DNA from: an uncultured delta proteobacterium
GTDB taxonomy: Bacteria > Myxococcota_A > Polyangia > Fen-1088
Assembly: GCA_963796685.1 (NCBI GenBank)
Contig: CAWCMR010000025.1
Location: 32,001 to 96,000, forward strand
Direction: 5' to 3'
DNA: 64,000 bases
Below the pieces are notes generated by a model, which searched no databases, was not told where the DNA came from, and was given only the letters and a program-made list of their open reading frames with translations. Every line of letters begins with the position of its first letter. The stretch's first letter is position 1. The position numbers and the translations under genes are program-made. Below are positions 8,821 to 18,283 of the stretch, one piece after another.

Positions 8821-10938
8821 ATGACCAACCAATTGTTCCTGCGCAAAGATCTCCTGTGGCTGCTCTTCGCGGTTTGGGGGTGTCGGGCGACCCCAGCCGT
8901 GGGTCCGTCGCCGCCCCTGCTCCCGGTGCCCTCTTCGCCCGCGCCCATCGCCGCGCCGGCCGTGGATCCGGTCGCGCTCGGATTCGATCCGACCGCGCTC
9001 GACCGCTCGGTCGCGCCCTGCCAGGACTTCTATCAATACGCGTGCGGCTCCTGGCTCGCGCGCACCCCGATCCCGCCCGATCGGCCGGCGTGGACTCGAT
9101 CCTTTTCCGTGATCCACGAGCGCAACCAGAACATCCTGCACGGCATTCTCGATGCCTACGCCGTCGGACAGGTCAACCCGGGCGAGCCCGACGCCCGCCG
9201 GGTGGGCGATTTCTACGCCTCCTGCATGGACGAGCCGGCGGTGGCCGAGGCAGGACGGAGGGCCCTGTCCGACTGGCAGGCACGCATCGCAGCGGTCTCC
9301 AATCTCGAGCAATTGGCCACACTGGTGCGCTGGATGCAGGATCGCGGCTTCGGCGCGTTCTTCACCTTCGGCCCGGATCAGGACTTTCGCGACGCCACGC
9401 AGATGATCGGAGAGGCCGATCAGGGCGGGCTGGGCCTGCCCGATCGCGAATACTATCTGAGGCAGGACGCGGAATCGCGCAAGCTGCGCGAGGCCTACCG
9501 TGCCCACATCGTGCGCATGCTCGTGCTTGCCGGCGAGACCGCGCCCGCCGCCACCGCGGATGCCGACGTCGTGCTCGAGCTCGAAACCCGGCTCGCGCAA
9601 GCCTCCATGTCGCTCGTCGACCGGAGGGATCCGGAAAACGTGTACCACCGCATCGACCGTGCCGGCCTCGAGGCGGCCGCGCCGCGCTTCCCGTGGCGGC
9701 GTTACTTCGTCGGGGATCTGGCCGAGGTCCGCGCGATCAACGTGACGGTTCCCGGCTTCTTCGCCGGTCTCAATCGCCTGCTCGAGAGCACGCCGATCGA
9801 GAAGCTTCGCGCCTACTTGCGCTGGCACGCGGTTTCCGATCACGCCATGGCCCTGGGACCGCGCTTCGTCGATGAGAGCTTCGCGTTCTCCAGCCAGAAC
9901 CTGACCGGCTCCAAGGTCCTGTTGCCGCGCTGGAAGCGTTGCGCGGACGCCACCGACGTGGCCCTCGGCGAGGCGCTGGCCCAGCCCTTCGTGAAGAAGG
10001 TGTTCTCCACCGATGCCAAGCAGCGCGCCCTGTCCATGGTGCACGACATCGAGGCCGCCTTCGCGCGGGATCTCGAGCAAGTCACCTGGATGGACGCGCC
10101 CACGCGGGCCGCAGCCTTGGACAAGCTGCAAGCGGTGTTCGACAAGATCGGCTATCCCGAAAAATGGCGACGCTACGATCGCGTCCACATCGACCGGCAC
10201 GACTACATCGAAAACGTCCTGGCCGCGGATGCGTTCGAGAGCGAGCGCCAGGATGCGAAGATCGGCAAGCCGGTCGACCGCCAAGAATGGGCCATGACGC
10301 CCATGACGGTGAACGCCTACTACAATGCTCAGCTCAATGAAATGGTCTTCCCGGCCGGCATTCTGCAAACGCCGTTCTTCGCCCTGAACGCGCCCAACGC
10401 GGCCAATTACGGCGCCATCGGCATGGTGATGGGGCACGAGCTGACCCACGGGTTCGACGATGAAGGGCGCAAGTTCGACAAGAACGGCAATCTGCGAACG
10501 TGGTGGACCCCGCAGGTGGAACACGCCTTCGAGGAAAAGACCGCCTGCGTGGTCAAGCAATACTCCGGCTATCACGCGTACGACGACGTCCCGATCAACG
10601 GCAAGCTCACGCTCGGCGAGAACATCGCGGACCTCGGCGGGGTCAAGCTTTCCCTGCAGGCACTGCTCCATCGAGCGCAAGCGCCTGTGCCGAATCAGGC
10701 CGGATCGGCCATGACGGGCGCCCCCACGGAAGAGCAGCGCTTCTTCCTCGCGCTTGCGCAATCCTGGTGCACCAATCGGCGGCCCGAGCTCGAGCGCAGC
10801 CTGGCCACGATCGATCCCCATTCCCCGCCGCGCTTCCGGGTCAACGGCGCGCTCAGCGACCTGCCTGCCTTCGCCTCGGCCTTCGCCTGTCCCGCCGGTT
10901 CGGCGATGGCGCCGCGCAATCGTTGCAGCGTTTGGTAG
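8821..10938 (+). CDS. M13 family zinc metallopeptidase (PepO/neprilysin-like) lipoprotein
   Basis: PCQDFYQYACG, VNAYY, GHELTHGFDD, GENIADLGG, DPHSP. Confidence 0.97.
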   Translation: MTNQLFLRKDLLWLLFAVWGCRATPAVGPSPPLLPVPSSPAPIAAPAVDPVALGFDPTALDRSVAPCQDFYQYACGSWLARTPIPPDRPAWTRSFSVIHERNQNILHGILDAYAVGQVNPGEPDARRVGDFYASCMDEPAVAEAGRRALSDWQARIAAVSNLEQLATLVRWMQDRGFGAFFTFGPDQDFRDATQMIGEADQGGLGLPDREYYLRQDAESRKLREAYRAHIVRMLVLAGETAPAATADADVVLELETRLAQASMSLVDRRDPENVYHRIDRAGLEAAAPRFPWRRYFVGDLAEVRAINVTVPGFFAGLNRLLESTPIEKLRAYLRWHAVSDHAMALGPRFVDESFAFSSQNLTGSKVLLPRWKRCADATDVALGEALAQPFVKKVFSTDAKQRALSMVHDIEAAFARDLEQVTWMDAPTRAAALDKLQAVFDKIGYPEKWRRYDRVHIDRHDYIENVLAADAFESERQDAKIGKPVDRQEWAMTPMTVNAYYNAQLNEMVFPAGILQTPFFALNAPNAANYGAIGMVMGHELTHGFDDEGRKFDKNGNLRTWWTPQVEHAFEEKTACVVKQYSGYHAYDDVPINGKLTLGENIADLGGVKLSLQALLHRAQAPVPNQAGSAMTGAPTEEQRFFLALAQSWCTNRRPELERSLATIDPHSPPRFRVNGALSDLPAFASAFACPAGSAMAPRNRCSVW

Positions 10939-11019
10939 CGCGCTCGGGAGCGTGGATGCCAAGCAGAAGAACCGAGGTTCGATGCAGGTGATCGCGGTCC
11001 GTCGCTCGCGGTGTGCGCC

Positions 11020-11748
11020 ATGAGGGTTCCGTGGCTCGCCATCGCCCTGGCCGTACTGGTCGACGGGTGCGCAGGTTTGACGGGTGCGCTCTTGCCCGAA
11101 GCGTGGCTGGCCAGCCGGCGCCAGGCCCTGGTCGGGTTCGCGACCGGCGTCATCCTCGGCGTGGCTTTCCTGGACATCCTGCCCGAGGCGCTGGTCCAAG
11201 GCAGCACGAAGACGATCCTGGGCATCGCCCTCGCCAGCTTCAGCGCCACCGCGGCCTTGGAGTGGTGGCTCGGGCATCGACGCAGCCGGCACGATGCGCA
11301 CACGATCTTGCCGGCCATGCTCCTCGGCTCCGACGGTCTTCACAACGCCGGGGACGGTGCTGCCATCGCGGCGGCGTTCATCGCCTCGCCCCGCCTCGGC
11401 GTGGCAACCGCACTCGCGGTGATCGTGCACGAAGTCCCGCAAGAGGTCGGCGACTACGCCATCTTGAGAAGCTCGGGCATGAGCCGCGGGCGAGCCGCCG
11501 CCGCGTTGGCGCTGGTGCAGCTGACCGCGGGCCTGGGCGCCCTGGCGGCGATCCTGGCGGCCAGCGTCTGGGCCTCCGCCATCCGTGGCGTGCTGGCCAT
11601 CGCCGCGGGCACCTTCCTTTACATCGGCGGTTCCGACCTGCTCCCCGAGCTGCTGCACGAATCCCACGACGGACGGGCGGGCAGGCAGGCGATATCGGGG
11701 TTCTTGGCCGGGCTTGCCGTGGCGGTCGCGAGCACGTTGCTCGGCTGA
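11020..11748 (+). CDS. ZIP family metal transporter
   Basis: DGLHNAGDG and HEVPQEVGD motifs; multiple TM segments. Confidence 0.93.
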   Translation: MRVPWLAIALAVLVDGCAGLTGALLPEAWLASRRQALVGFATGVILGVAFLDILPEALVQGSTKTILGIALASFSATAALEWWLGHRRSRHDAHTILPAMLLGSDGLHNAGDGAAIAAAFIASPRLGVATALAVIVHEVPQEVGDYAILRSSGMSRGRAAAALALVQLTAGLGALAAILAASVWASAIRGVLAIAAGTFLYIGGSDLLPELLHESHDGRAGRQAISGFLAGLAVAVASTLLG

Positions 11749-11764
11749 GCGCGTCGCTCACGCT

Positions 11765-12193
11765 TCACTGACGACGGCCAATCTCGGCGCGCAAACGTTC
11801 CTCTCGGGCGCGCAGCTCGGGCGTGAATTCCTTGCCGAAGTCCTCGGCCTCGAAAATGGGCCTGACCTCCAGCTCGGACTCTTCCCCTGGCATGGGATCC
11901 GGGCAACGCCTGATCCAGTCGAGCGCCTCATCCATCGACTTCACCTGCCAGATCCAGAACCCCGCCACGACCTCCTTGGTCTCGGCAAAGGGCCCGTCGA
12001 TGACCATCCTCTCGCCGCCGGAGAAACGCACGCGCTTGCCCTTGCTGCTCGGGTGCAACCCTTCGCCGGCCAGCATGACACCGGCCTTCACCAACTCCTC
12101 GTTGAAGCGCCCCATCTCGGCGAGCAACTTCTGGTCGGGCATCGCGCCCGACTCGGACTTCCTCGTCGCTTTGACCATGACCATGACTTTCAT
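11765..12193 (-). CDS. YciI/DGPF family protein
   Basis: DGPFAETKEVVAGFW. Confidence 0.95.
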   Translation of the reverse strand: MKVMVMVKATRKSESGAMPDQKLLAEMGRFNEELVKAGVMLAGEGLHPSSKGKRVRFSGGERMVIDGPFAETKEVVAGFWIWQVKSMDEALDWIRRCPDPMPGEESELEVRPIFEAEDFGKEFTPELRAREERLRAEIGRRQ

Positions 12194-12228
12194 TGCTCTG
12201 TTCCTTTCCGTGTGTTCTTCCTCGATCG

Positions 12229-12600
12229 CTACGGCCCCTGGCCGGGCTCGAACATCGGTCGCACTTCAGACTCGCCCTCGAAGCTGGGCCAGTGCTTGCG
12301 GTGAAGCTCCATGAACTCGGTCGCGATCCGAACGGCCTCGGCCTTCGAATCGGTCTTCAGGATGGCCCAGCCGCCGATGACCTCTTTGCTTTCGGTAAAC
12401 GGGCCATCGGTGACGGTGAGCTGCCCCTTGGCAAGCCGGATGCGAAGCCCGTCCTTGCTCGGCAGCAAGCCACCGGTATCGACCAACACGCCATCTTTCA
12501 TCGACGTCTCGACGAATTTGCCCATCGCCTCCATCAGCGCGGCGGGCGGCTGAGCTTCGCGGTATTTCTCCGAATGGCGAATGAAACACAGGTACTTCAT
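12229..12600 (-). CDS. YciI/DGPF family protein
   Basis: DGPFTESKEVIGGW; RBS AAGGAGG. Confidence 0.95.
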   Translation of the reverse strand: MKYLCFIRHSEKYREAQPPAALMEAMGKFVETSMKDGVLVDTGGLLPSKDGLRIRLAKGQLTVTDGPFTESKEVIGGWAILKTDSKAEAVRIATEFMELHRKHWPSFEGESEVRPMFEPGQGP

Positions 12601-12630
12601 GGGATCCTCCTTGTTGGGTTGTGCTCGAAG

Positions 12631-12657
12631 GACGAACGAGCCGGTGTGAAGCCGACA
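12631..12657 (-). promoter_or_regulatory. Candidate ECF42 promoter TGTCGG-N16-TCGTC upstream of the yciI pair
   Basis: Exact motif and spacing shared with 14376-14402 and 14432-14458; A-tract upstream. Confidence 0.8.
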
Positions 12658-12688
12658 CGCGTGCCGATCTTTTTTCACCCGGCCGCGG

Positions 12689-13957
12689 TCAACCCGCGGC
12701 GGTCGGCGTCGCCTGCGGCCTGCTCATCAAGCGATCGAGGTGCATGCGAATGTGCGCGGCCTCGGCCGGGGTGTGCGCAAGCGAAATGGCGCGGTCGAAC
12801 GCGACGCGCGCCTCCTCGTGGCGACCGAGCTGCATGAGCAGGGCGCCCTTGACGCCGAAGAAATAGAAATAATTGCCGAGCTTGGGCGCGAGGGGCTCGA
12901 CCATGGCCAGCGCTGGCGCCGGGCCCTCGGCCTTGGACAGGGCAACGGCACGGTTCAGACTGACCACGGGCGATGGCTGCACTTGCTCGAGAGCGGCGTA
13001 GAGAAGAGCGATCTGGCGCCAATCGGTGTCTTCGGCGCGCTCGGCTCTGGCGTGCAAGGCCGAGATGGCCGCCTGAATCTGGTACGGCCCGCGGGTCTGG
13101 TGGCGAATCGCCTTGTCGAGCAGCGCCAGCCCCTCCTCGATGAGGCCGCGGTTCCACAGCCGGCGGTCCTGGTCTTCCAAGAGGACGATGGCACCCTGCC
13201 CGTCCGTCCTCGCCTTGGCGCGCGCATGCTGGAGCAGCATCAGCGCGAGCAGGCCCATGAGCTCGGGCTCCGCGGGAAAGAGGCGCAGGAGCAACCGCGC
13301 GAGCCGGATGGCCTCTTCGCACAGGGAGGCGCGAATGAGCGCGTCCCCGCCGGTGGCCGAGTAGCCCTCGTTGAACATCAGATAGAGCACGGCCGCGACC
13401 CCGGCCAGGCGCTGCGCGCGCTCGTGCTCATCCGGGGTCTCGAAGGGAACATGGGCATCGGCGACGCGGGTCTTGGCGCGCGTGATCCGCTGTTCCATGG
13501 CCGCCTCGCTGACCAGAAAGGCGTTCGCGATCTCCTTGACCGTGAGGCCCGAGACGATGCGCAAGGCCAGGGCAATCTGCTGTGTGGCCGGCAGCTCGGG
13601 ATGGCAACAGATGAAGAGCAGGCGCAGGATGTCGTCGCGGTAGTGCGCATCGTCGAGGGACTGGGCCAGCTCGCCTTCAGTATCCTCCAGGTTCGCGAGC
13701 GCGTCCTCGGGCGGCAGGGGGCGTTGCTTGCTCTGCCGCCTGACCGTGTCGAGGGCGGCGTTGCGCCCGACGAAGATCAGCCAGGCGGCCGGATCGTGGG
13801 GCGGGCTTCGGCCCGGCCAATTCTTGAGCGCGGCCAGGCACGCCTCTTGGAACGCCTCCTCCGCCAGGTCGAGGTCGCGGAAGTAGCGCGTGAGCGCGCC
13901 CATCACCCGTGGCCGCGCCGAGCGCAAGGCGAGATCGATCCAGTCCATGGCATTCAC
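12689..13957 (-). CDS. ECF42-type sigma factor with C-terminal TPR extension
   Basis: AEEAFQEA, DDILRLLFICCHP, YLMFNEGY, GPYQIQAAI, LNRAVA; flanked by DGPF genes; GTGA overlap. Confidence 0.95.
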   Translation of the reverse strand: MNAMDWIDLALRSARPRVMGALTRYFRDLDLAEEAFQEACLAALKNWPGRSPPHDPAAWLIFVGRNAALDTVRRQSKQRPLPPEDALANLEDTEGELAQSLDDAHYRDDILRLLFICCHPELPATQQIALALRIVSGLTVKEIANAFLVSEAAMEQRITRAKTRVADAHVPFETPDEHERAQRLAGVAAVLYLMFNEGYSATGGDALIRASLCEEAIRLARLLLRLFPAEPELMGLLALMLLQHARAKARTDGQGAIVLLEDQDRRLWNRGLIEEGLALLDKAIRHQTRGPYQIQAAISALHARAERAEDTDWRQIALLYAALEQVQPSPVVSLNRAVALSKAEGPAPALAMVEPLAPKLGNYFYFFGVKGALLMQLGRHEEARVAFDRAISLAHTPAEAAHIRMHLDRLMSRPQATPTAAG

Positions 13958-14352
13958 TTGACTCCAGCGCCCGGCAAGAAGAGTGAAATCGGACGCACCT
14001 CGTACGCACCGCCGGGGTTGGCGTGACCGAGCTCGCGCGTGATGTCCAGGGCCTCTTCGAGGCCCGTGCATTGGATGACGTAGAAGCCGAGAAGTTGCTC
14101 CTTGGCCTCGGCAAAGGGGCCGTCGGTCACCACGGGAGGCTCGGGACCGGGCTCGAGGCGCTTGCCGTACCCACCTTTTCGCAGCGTGGTGGCCGCGGTG
14201 GTGGGCATCAGGCGCGCAACCGGTCCCAGCTTGCCGGCCTTGGCCAGCTTGTCGTTCACCGCCGCCAGGCGGGCCATGACCATGTCGTCCTCCTCCTTGC
14301 TCCAGGCCCCGGTGATGTCTTCATCGTTGTAACAAAGAATGGCGTACAGCAT
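13954..14352 (-). CDS. YciI/DGPF family protein
   Basis: VTDGPFAEAKEQLLGFY. Confidence 0.95.
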   Translation of the reverse strand: MLYAILCYNDEDITGAWSKEEDDMVMARLAAVNDKLAKAGKLGPVARLMPTTAATTLRKGGYGKRLEPGPEPPVVTDGPFAEAKEQLLGFYVIQCTGLEEALDITRELGHANPGGAYEVRPISLFLPGAGVK

Positions 14353-14375
14353 CGCTTCTCCCCCTGCTTTCATAC

Positions 14376-14402
14376 GACGATCAAGGATGACCGGCGCCGA
14401 CA
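14376..14402 (-). promoter_or_regulatory. Candidate ECF42 promoter (autoregulatory, yciI-sigma operon)
   Basis: TGTCGG-N16-TCGTC, about 24 nt before the ATG. Confidence 0.8.
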
Positions 14403-14431
14403 CCCGAGCCGGGAAAAAAGTTGCATCGGGA

Positions 14432-14458
14432 TGTCGGACCGGCCTGCGCTCATTCGTC
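14432..14458 (+). promoter_or_regulatory. Candidate ECF42 promoter upstream of the DoxX gene
   Basis: TGTCGG-N16-TCGTC; preceded by GAAAAAAG. Confidence 0.8.
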
Positions 14459-14481
14459 GTGTCGGCGAAAGGAGAATCGCC

Positions 14482-14970
14482 ATGAGCACGACATCGAGCA
14501 CGACATTGAACCTGACCAGCCACGTTATCAGCCAAGCAGCGAGGCCTGCCTACCCGCACACGCTCCCAGTCAGCAAAAAGAGAATCTGGATCGGACGCAT
14601 CGCCAGCGGCCTGGCCGTGGCGTTCCTGCTGTTCGACAGCTTGACCAAGGTGCTGCAGGTGCCTTGGGTCGTGAAAGCCAGCACCCAGATGGGCTTTCCC
14701 GTCGGCGCCATCCTACCCATCGGGTTGGTGCTGCTCGCTTGCACGATCGTCTATTGCATCCCGCGCACCGCGATCCTGGGTGCGGTGCTGCTCACCGGCT
14801 ATCTGGGTGGGGCCGTGGAGGTCAACGTGCAAGCTGGGCTCCCCCTCGCGAGCCATACCCTGTTCCCCATCTACTTCGCCGTCTTCGTCTGGGGCGGTCT
14901 CGCGCTGCGGGATCGCCGGGTGTGGAGCATCTTTGCCCGCCCTGCCACCGGCCCCACGTCCGCGGAATAG
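14482..14970 (+). CDS. DoxX family membrane protein
   Basis: IPRTAILGAVLLTGYLGGAV; RBS AGGAG. Confidence 0.92.
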   Translation: MSTTSSTTLNLTSHVISQAARPAYPHTLPVSKKRIWIGRIASGLAVAFLLFDSLTKVLQVPWVVKASTQMGFPVGAILPIGLVLLACTIVYCIPRTAILGAVLLTGYLGGAVEVNVQAGLPLASHTLFPIYFAVFVWGGLALRDRRVWSIFARPATGPTSAE

Positions 14971-15003
14971 CTCGTCGGTGCGCGCCGTAGCGCAGCTTCG
15001 CGC

Positions 15004-15396
15004 TTACTGCACCAACACCCCGCCGACCTTGCCGTCCTTCACCCACAGCCGGACAAGCACTTCGTCCTGAGCCCCGACAGCGTCGACTTTCCACACATAC
15101 ACCGCCATGCCCCGCTGTTTCAGTTGGCCGAAGTAGGTCAGGGTGTAGCCCTGCTTGAGCGGCTTGGTGTAAAGGCCGCACAAACCTTCGAATTGCTGGC
15201 GGCTGAGCTGCTTCTTCATGTTGGCGTCGGCGTCGGCCAGGAAGGCGTCGTAGGACTCGGCCTTCACCGCCTCGATCAACTTCAGGAGGAGCTTCTCCGC
15301 CTCGGCAGGTGCGGCCCCCGCGGCGCGCGCGGCGTGCGGGACGGAGAGGAAAAGGGCGAGCGAGGCAACCAGGGACAGGAAGGTGCGTTTGTTCAT
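15004..15396 (-). CDS. Secreted small protein, NTF2/DUF3887-like fold suspected
   Basis: Signal peptide; ATGA overlap with the upstream sigma gene; homologous to that sigma's C-terminal domain. Confidence 0.85.
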   Translation of the reverse strand: MNKRTFLSLVASLALFLSVPHAARAAGAAPAEAEKLLLKLIEAVKAESYDAFLADADANMKKQLSRQQFEGLCGLYTKPLKQGYTLTYFGQLKQRGMAVYVWKVDAVGAQDEVLVRLWVKDGKVGGVLVQ

Positions 15397-16550
15397 GGTG
15401 ATGTCTCCACGGGCATGGGAAAGGGTTCGTTGATGAGGAAGCCGGCCACTTGCCACCCGTTCATGGGCAGGGTGACAAGGGCGTCGTCTCCGTCGTCGGA
15501 GAATTCGATGCCGAAGATCCAGTCGATGTGTTGCGACCGGCGCACGGATCCCAGCGTGGTCACGCGGTGGCCCTGCGACAGACGCCTGCCGAGCTTCGAG
15601 CTCAGCTGCGCGAACCTGGCCGTGGCCACCGCGGCCCGGAAAGATGCCGAACCCTTGGCCACGAACGCGTCGTAGTCGTTGCCTTGGATCGCGAGCAGCA
15701 ACTCCTCGGCCAGCGATTCGGCGTCCGCGCTTCCAGGACCGGGCGGAAGCGCGGCGAGCGCGTCGGTTTGCGGGGCGACCGTGCGCGCGAGGTTCAACCG
15801 CACCGTGGGCGCGCTTCGCAGCACCGGAGTGTTTTCGACCGCGGGCGGCGACCGGTCTTCCCTCGCCACTTCGACCTTGTGCCTGCGCAGGACGATGGCG
15901 AGGACGACGACGGACAACAACCCCATCGCGGCGACGGCCAGGTACACGAGTGCGGGGAAGCCGCGGGCGTCACGCAGCGGACGCGCGGCCGGTGCATCGG
16001 CCTTGGGCAACAGCGGCACCAGGGCCGTCACCCACGCCGCGCGGTTGTCGGCATGGCGGCGGTCGAGGTCGCGACGCACGCGAGCGAGCCCTTCCTTCAC
16101 CCGCCAACGGATGGTGCCCTCGGGCTCGCGCAGCTTACGCGCGATCTCCGCCGACGACAGGCCTTGGTAGAAGCGCAACACCAGGGTTTGGCGAAACGGC
16201 TCGGCCAGGTTCGCCACCGACTCGGCCACGTGCCGATGAATCTGCGCGTCGCCGACCAATTCCTCGGGCGTAGCCACGCGGCCGGCATCGCATTGCCACG
16301 CGGCTTCCTCGCGCCGCGCGCGCCGGGCATCGCCGCGGAAGCGATCCACGGCCAGGTTGCGCGCCACCGTCGCAAGCCACGCCCGTCCGCCTCCGGCGGC
16401 AGGTTGGCGCAACGCCGTCGCAAACGTGTCCTGCGCCAGATCCTCGCCATCGTCCGTGTCGTGAAGCAGCGCCCGCGCGAACCGTCGCAACCACCCCGCT
16501 TGCGCGAGGAGCGCTTCCATCTCCGCCGTGTGCTCCGCATTCATGCCCAT
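15393..16550 (-). CDS. ECF sigma factor with fused TM helix and extracytoplasmic C-terminal domain
   Basis: EDLAQDTF, WLATVARNL, LRFYQGLSSAEIA, then hydrophobic LVYLAVAAMGLLSVVVLAIVL and a ~100-aa domain. Confidence 0.92.
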   Translation of the reverse strand: MGMNAEHTAEMEALLAQAGWLRRFARALLHDTDDGEDLAQDTFATALRQPAAGGGRAWLATVARNLAVDRFRGDARRARREEAAWQCDAGRVATPEELVGDAQIHRHVAESVANLAEPFRQTLVLRFYQGLSSAEIARKLREPEGTIRWRVKEGLARVRRDLDRRHADNRAAWVTALVPLLPKADAPAARPLRDARGFPALVYLAVAAMGLLSVVVLAIVLRRHKVEVAREDRSPPAVENTPVLRSAPTVRLNLARTVAPQTDALAALPPGPGSADAESLAEELLLAIQGNDYDAFVAKGSASFRAAVATARFAQLSSKLGRRLSQGHRVTTLGSVRRSQHIDWIFGIEFSDDGDDALVTLPMNGWQVAGFLINEPFPMPVETSP

Positions 16551-16551
16551 A

Positions 16552-16580
16552 GAAACGTCGCCGCCGGGAAAGACGTTGGC
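16552..16580 (-). promoter_or_regulatory. Possible autoregulatory ECF promoter (GCCAAC...CGTTT) directly before the start codon (leaderless)
   Basis: AAC/-35 and CGT/-10 pattern typical of ECF promoters; single copy only. Confidence 0.45.
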
Positions 16581-16715
16581 AGAATCTTATCGCGCCAGCC
16601 ACCCCGACAGCCTGAATTCGCGGAGCTCTTCAAGACTCGCCACCCGCAAAGCCCCCGCTGCTGCGGCAATGCTATTCTTCGCAGGCTGATGGGTAGCTGA
16701 GCAGGCAGATCTCGC

Positions 16716-17351
16716 ATGATGGACACGAAACTTCAATTTCTCTTCGCGCCTGGCGCGGGTGCCCCGTCTTCGTCGCCTTGGATGAGGAAGGTCAGCAAAC
16801 GACTGGCGGTTCTCGGACGCGTCCGGTGCTTCGACTATCCCTATCAACTGGCAGGCAGACGTTCGCCCGACCGCTTGCCCGTGCTCGTCGCGGCCCACCG
16901 CGCCGCCTTCGACGCGCTCGACCCGGGCGGGCCTGTGGTGCTCATCGGCAAGAGCATGGGCGGTCGCATCGGTTGTCACCTGGCAAACCTTCCCGCACCC
17001 AGGAAGGCGCTCGCGCTCGTCTGCCTGGGTTACCCACTCGTCGGCCAGAACGGCTCGCTTCGCGATGAAGTCCTGCTCGCGCTGCGGACACCCATCTTGT
17101 TCGTGCAGGGCTCGCGCGATCCGCTTTGTCCGCTCGACCGCCTGGCCGAAGTCCGCGCGCGCATGAGCGCGGTCAACGAGCTTCATGTGGTCGAGGGCGC
17201 GAACCATTCCCTAGAGCTTACGAAAACCATGCTCAAGGCGCGCGGGCTCGCGCAAGACATCGTTGATGACGCCATCGTCCGTCGCATCGCGAGCTTCCTG
17301 GCGGACAAAGCATGCCGCAACGGCGCCGAAACCTCTCCGCGACTGACGTGA
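16716..17351 (+). CDS. Alpha/beta hydrolase (KANL3/Tex30-like)
   Basis: GAGA, GKSMGGR nucleophile elbow, LGYP, QGSRD, ANHS. Confidence 0.92.
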   Translation: MMDTKLQFLFAPGAGAPSSSPWMRKVSKRLAVLGRVRCFDYPYQLAGRRSPDRLPVLVAAHRAAFDALDPGGPVVLIGKSMGGRIGCHLANLPAPRKALALVCLGYPLVGQNGSLRDEVLLALRTPILFVQGSRDPLCPLDRLAEVRARMSAVNELHVVEGANHSLELTKTMLKARGLAQDIVDDAIVRRIASFLADKACRNGAETSPRLT

Positions 17352-17560
17352 GCTACGCATCATGATTCGAGCATGACCGGTTTTGCTCCCCCGGATCAAG
17401 TAGGCGACCTATTTTCTTCACGAAGATCGAGGACGCACCGCCGGCCGGCCGACCATCTAAAACCGGACCCATCCCCTCTCCTTTTTTCATTGCCGCGTCC
17501 GAGGTGCGCACCTATCCTTCGCCAAAGCCTTGGGGGTTGCAAATGGGGGTGCGAACCCGA

Positions 17561-18283
17561 ATGGACGCCGACTTGCGGAAACGAAGAGTGGAGAGCCGAA
17601 CCAACAACAGCTCCACGAACGCCTTCGGACTGTTTGCCATCGTGGCCGTTTCGACGGCCTTGCTATCGAGTTGCAATGCGCACATCACGAGTTTCGATGT
17701 GACACCCAGGCACATTTGCCCAGGGGATCTGGTTATGATTGACTGGGAGGTCACCGGCTCACCCACGCTGACCGTGACACCCAAGCTTGTAGGAGCGCCG
17801 GACGGTCCGGTGGCCACCAGCGGTCGCGTGACGATCAAGCCCACCGCGAATACGCGCGTGTCCCTCAGAGTGACTCGCTTGGGAGGCGAGCCTGCCGGCG
17901 CCGATGTGGATGTCGATGTCCCGGCTCCCGTGGAAATCGCGGCAGACCTCAACGACTCGGCCCTGTGCAAAGACGGGGTCTTGACCCTCGTGGCCCACGT
18001 GAAGGGGTTCTCGCCCGAGGTCATGGCCAAGAGAATGGGCGGCGCCAAGCGACCACTCGACATCAGTCGCCTGGACAGTGCCGGCAAGAGCGTGACTGAC
18101 AGCGAGGGTAAACCGATCGTGGCGCACCTCGAGCGAGGAGAGATTTCCCGAGCCTTCGCCGCCTTTCCGGTAGCGGGTGACTGGCGAGTCTCATCGCCGC
18201 TGAGCCCGGGCGAGTCGTGCGGCAATCCGCCGCACACCCTGACCCTGTTCGTTTTCACCGAGTGCGAGGAGCCAACACCATGA
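17561..18283 (+). CDS. Hypothetical beta-rich lipoprotein
   Basis: LSSC lipobox; ATGA overlap with the next gene. Confidence 0.75.
   Translation: MDADLRKRRVESRTNNSSTNAFGLFAIVAVSTALLSSCNAHITSFDVTPRHICPGDLVMIDWEVTGSPTLTVTPKLVGAPDGPVATSGRVTIKPTANTRVSLRVTRLGGEPAGADVDVDVPAPVEIAADLNDSALCKDGVLTLVAHVKGFSPEVMAKRMGGAKRPLDISRLDSAGKSVTDSEGKPIVAHLERGEISRAFAAFPVAGDWRVSSPLSPGESCGNPPHTLTLFVFTECEEPTP

Noticed and set aside
8614-11667. 1017-aa minus-strand ORF
   Set aside because: Antisense shadow of the M13 peptidase and ZIP genes in high-GC DNA; no motifs
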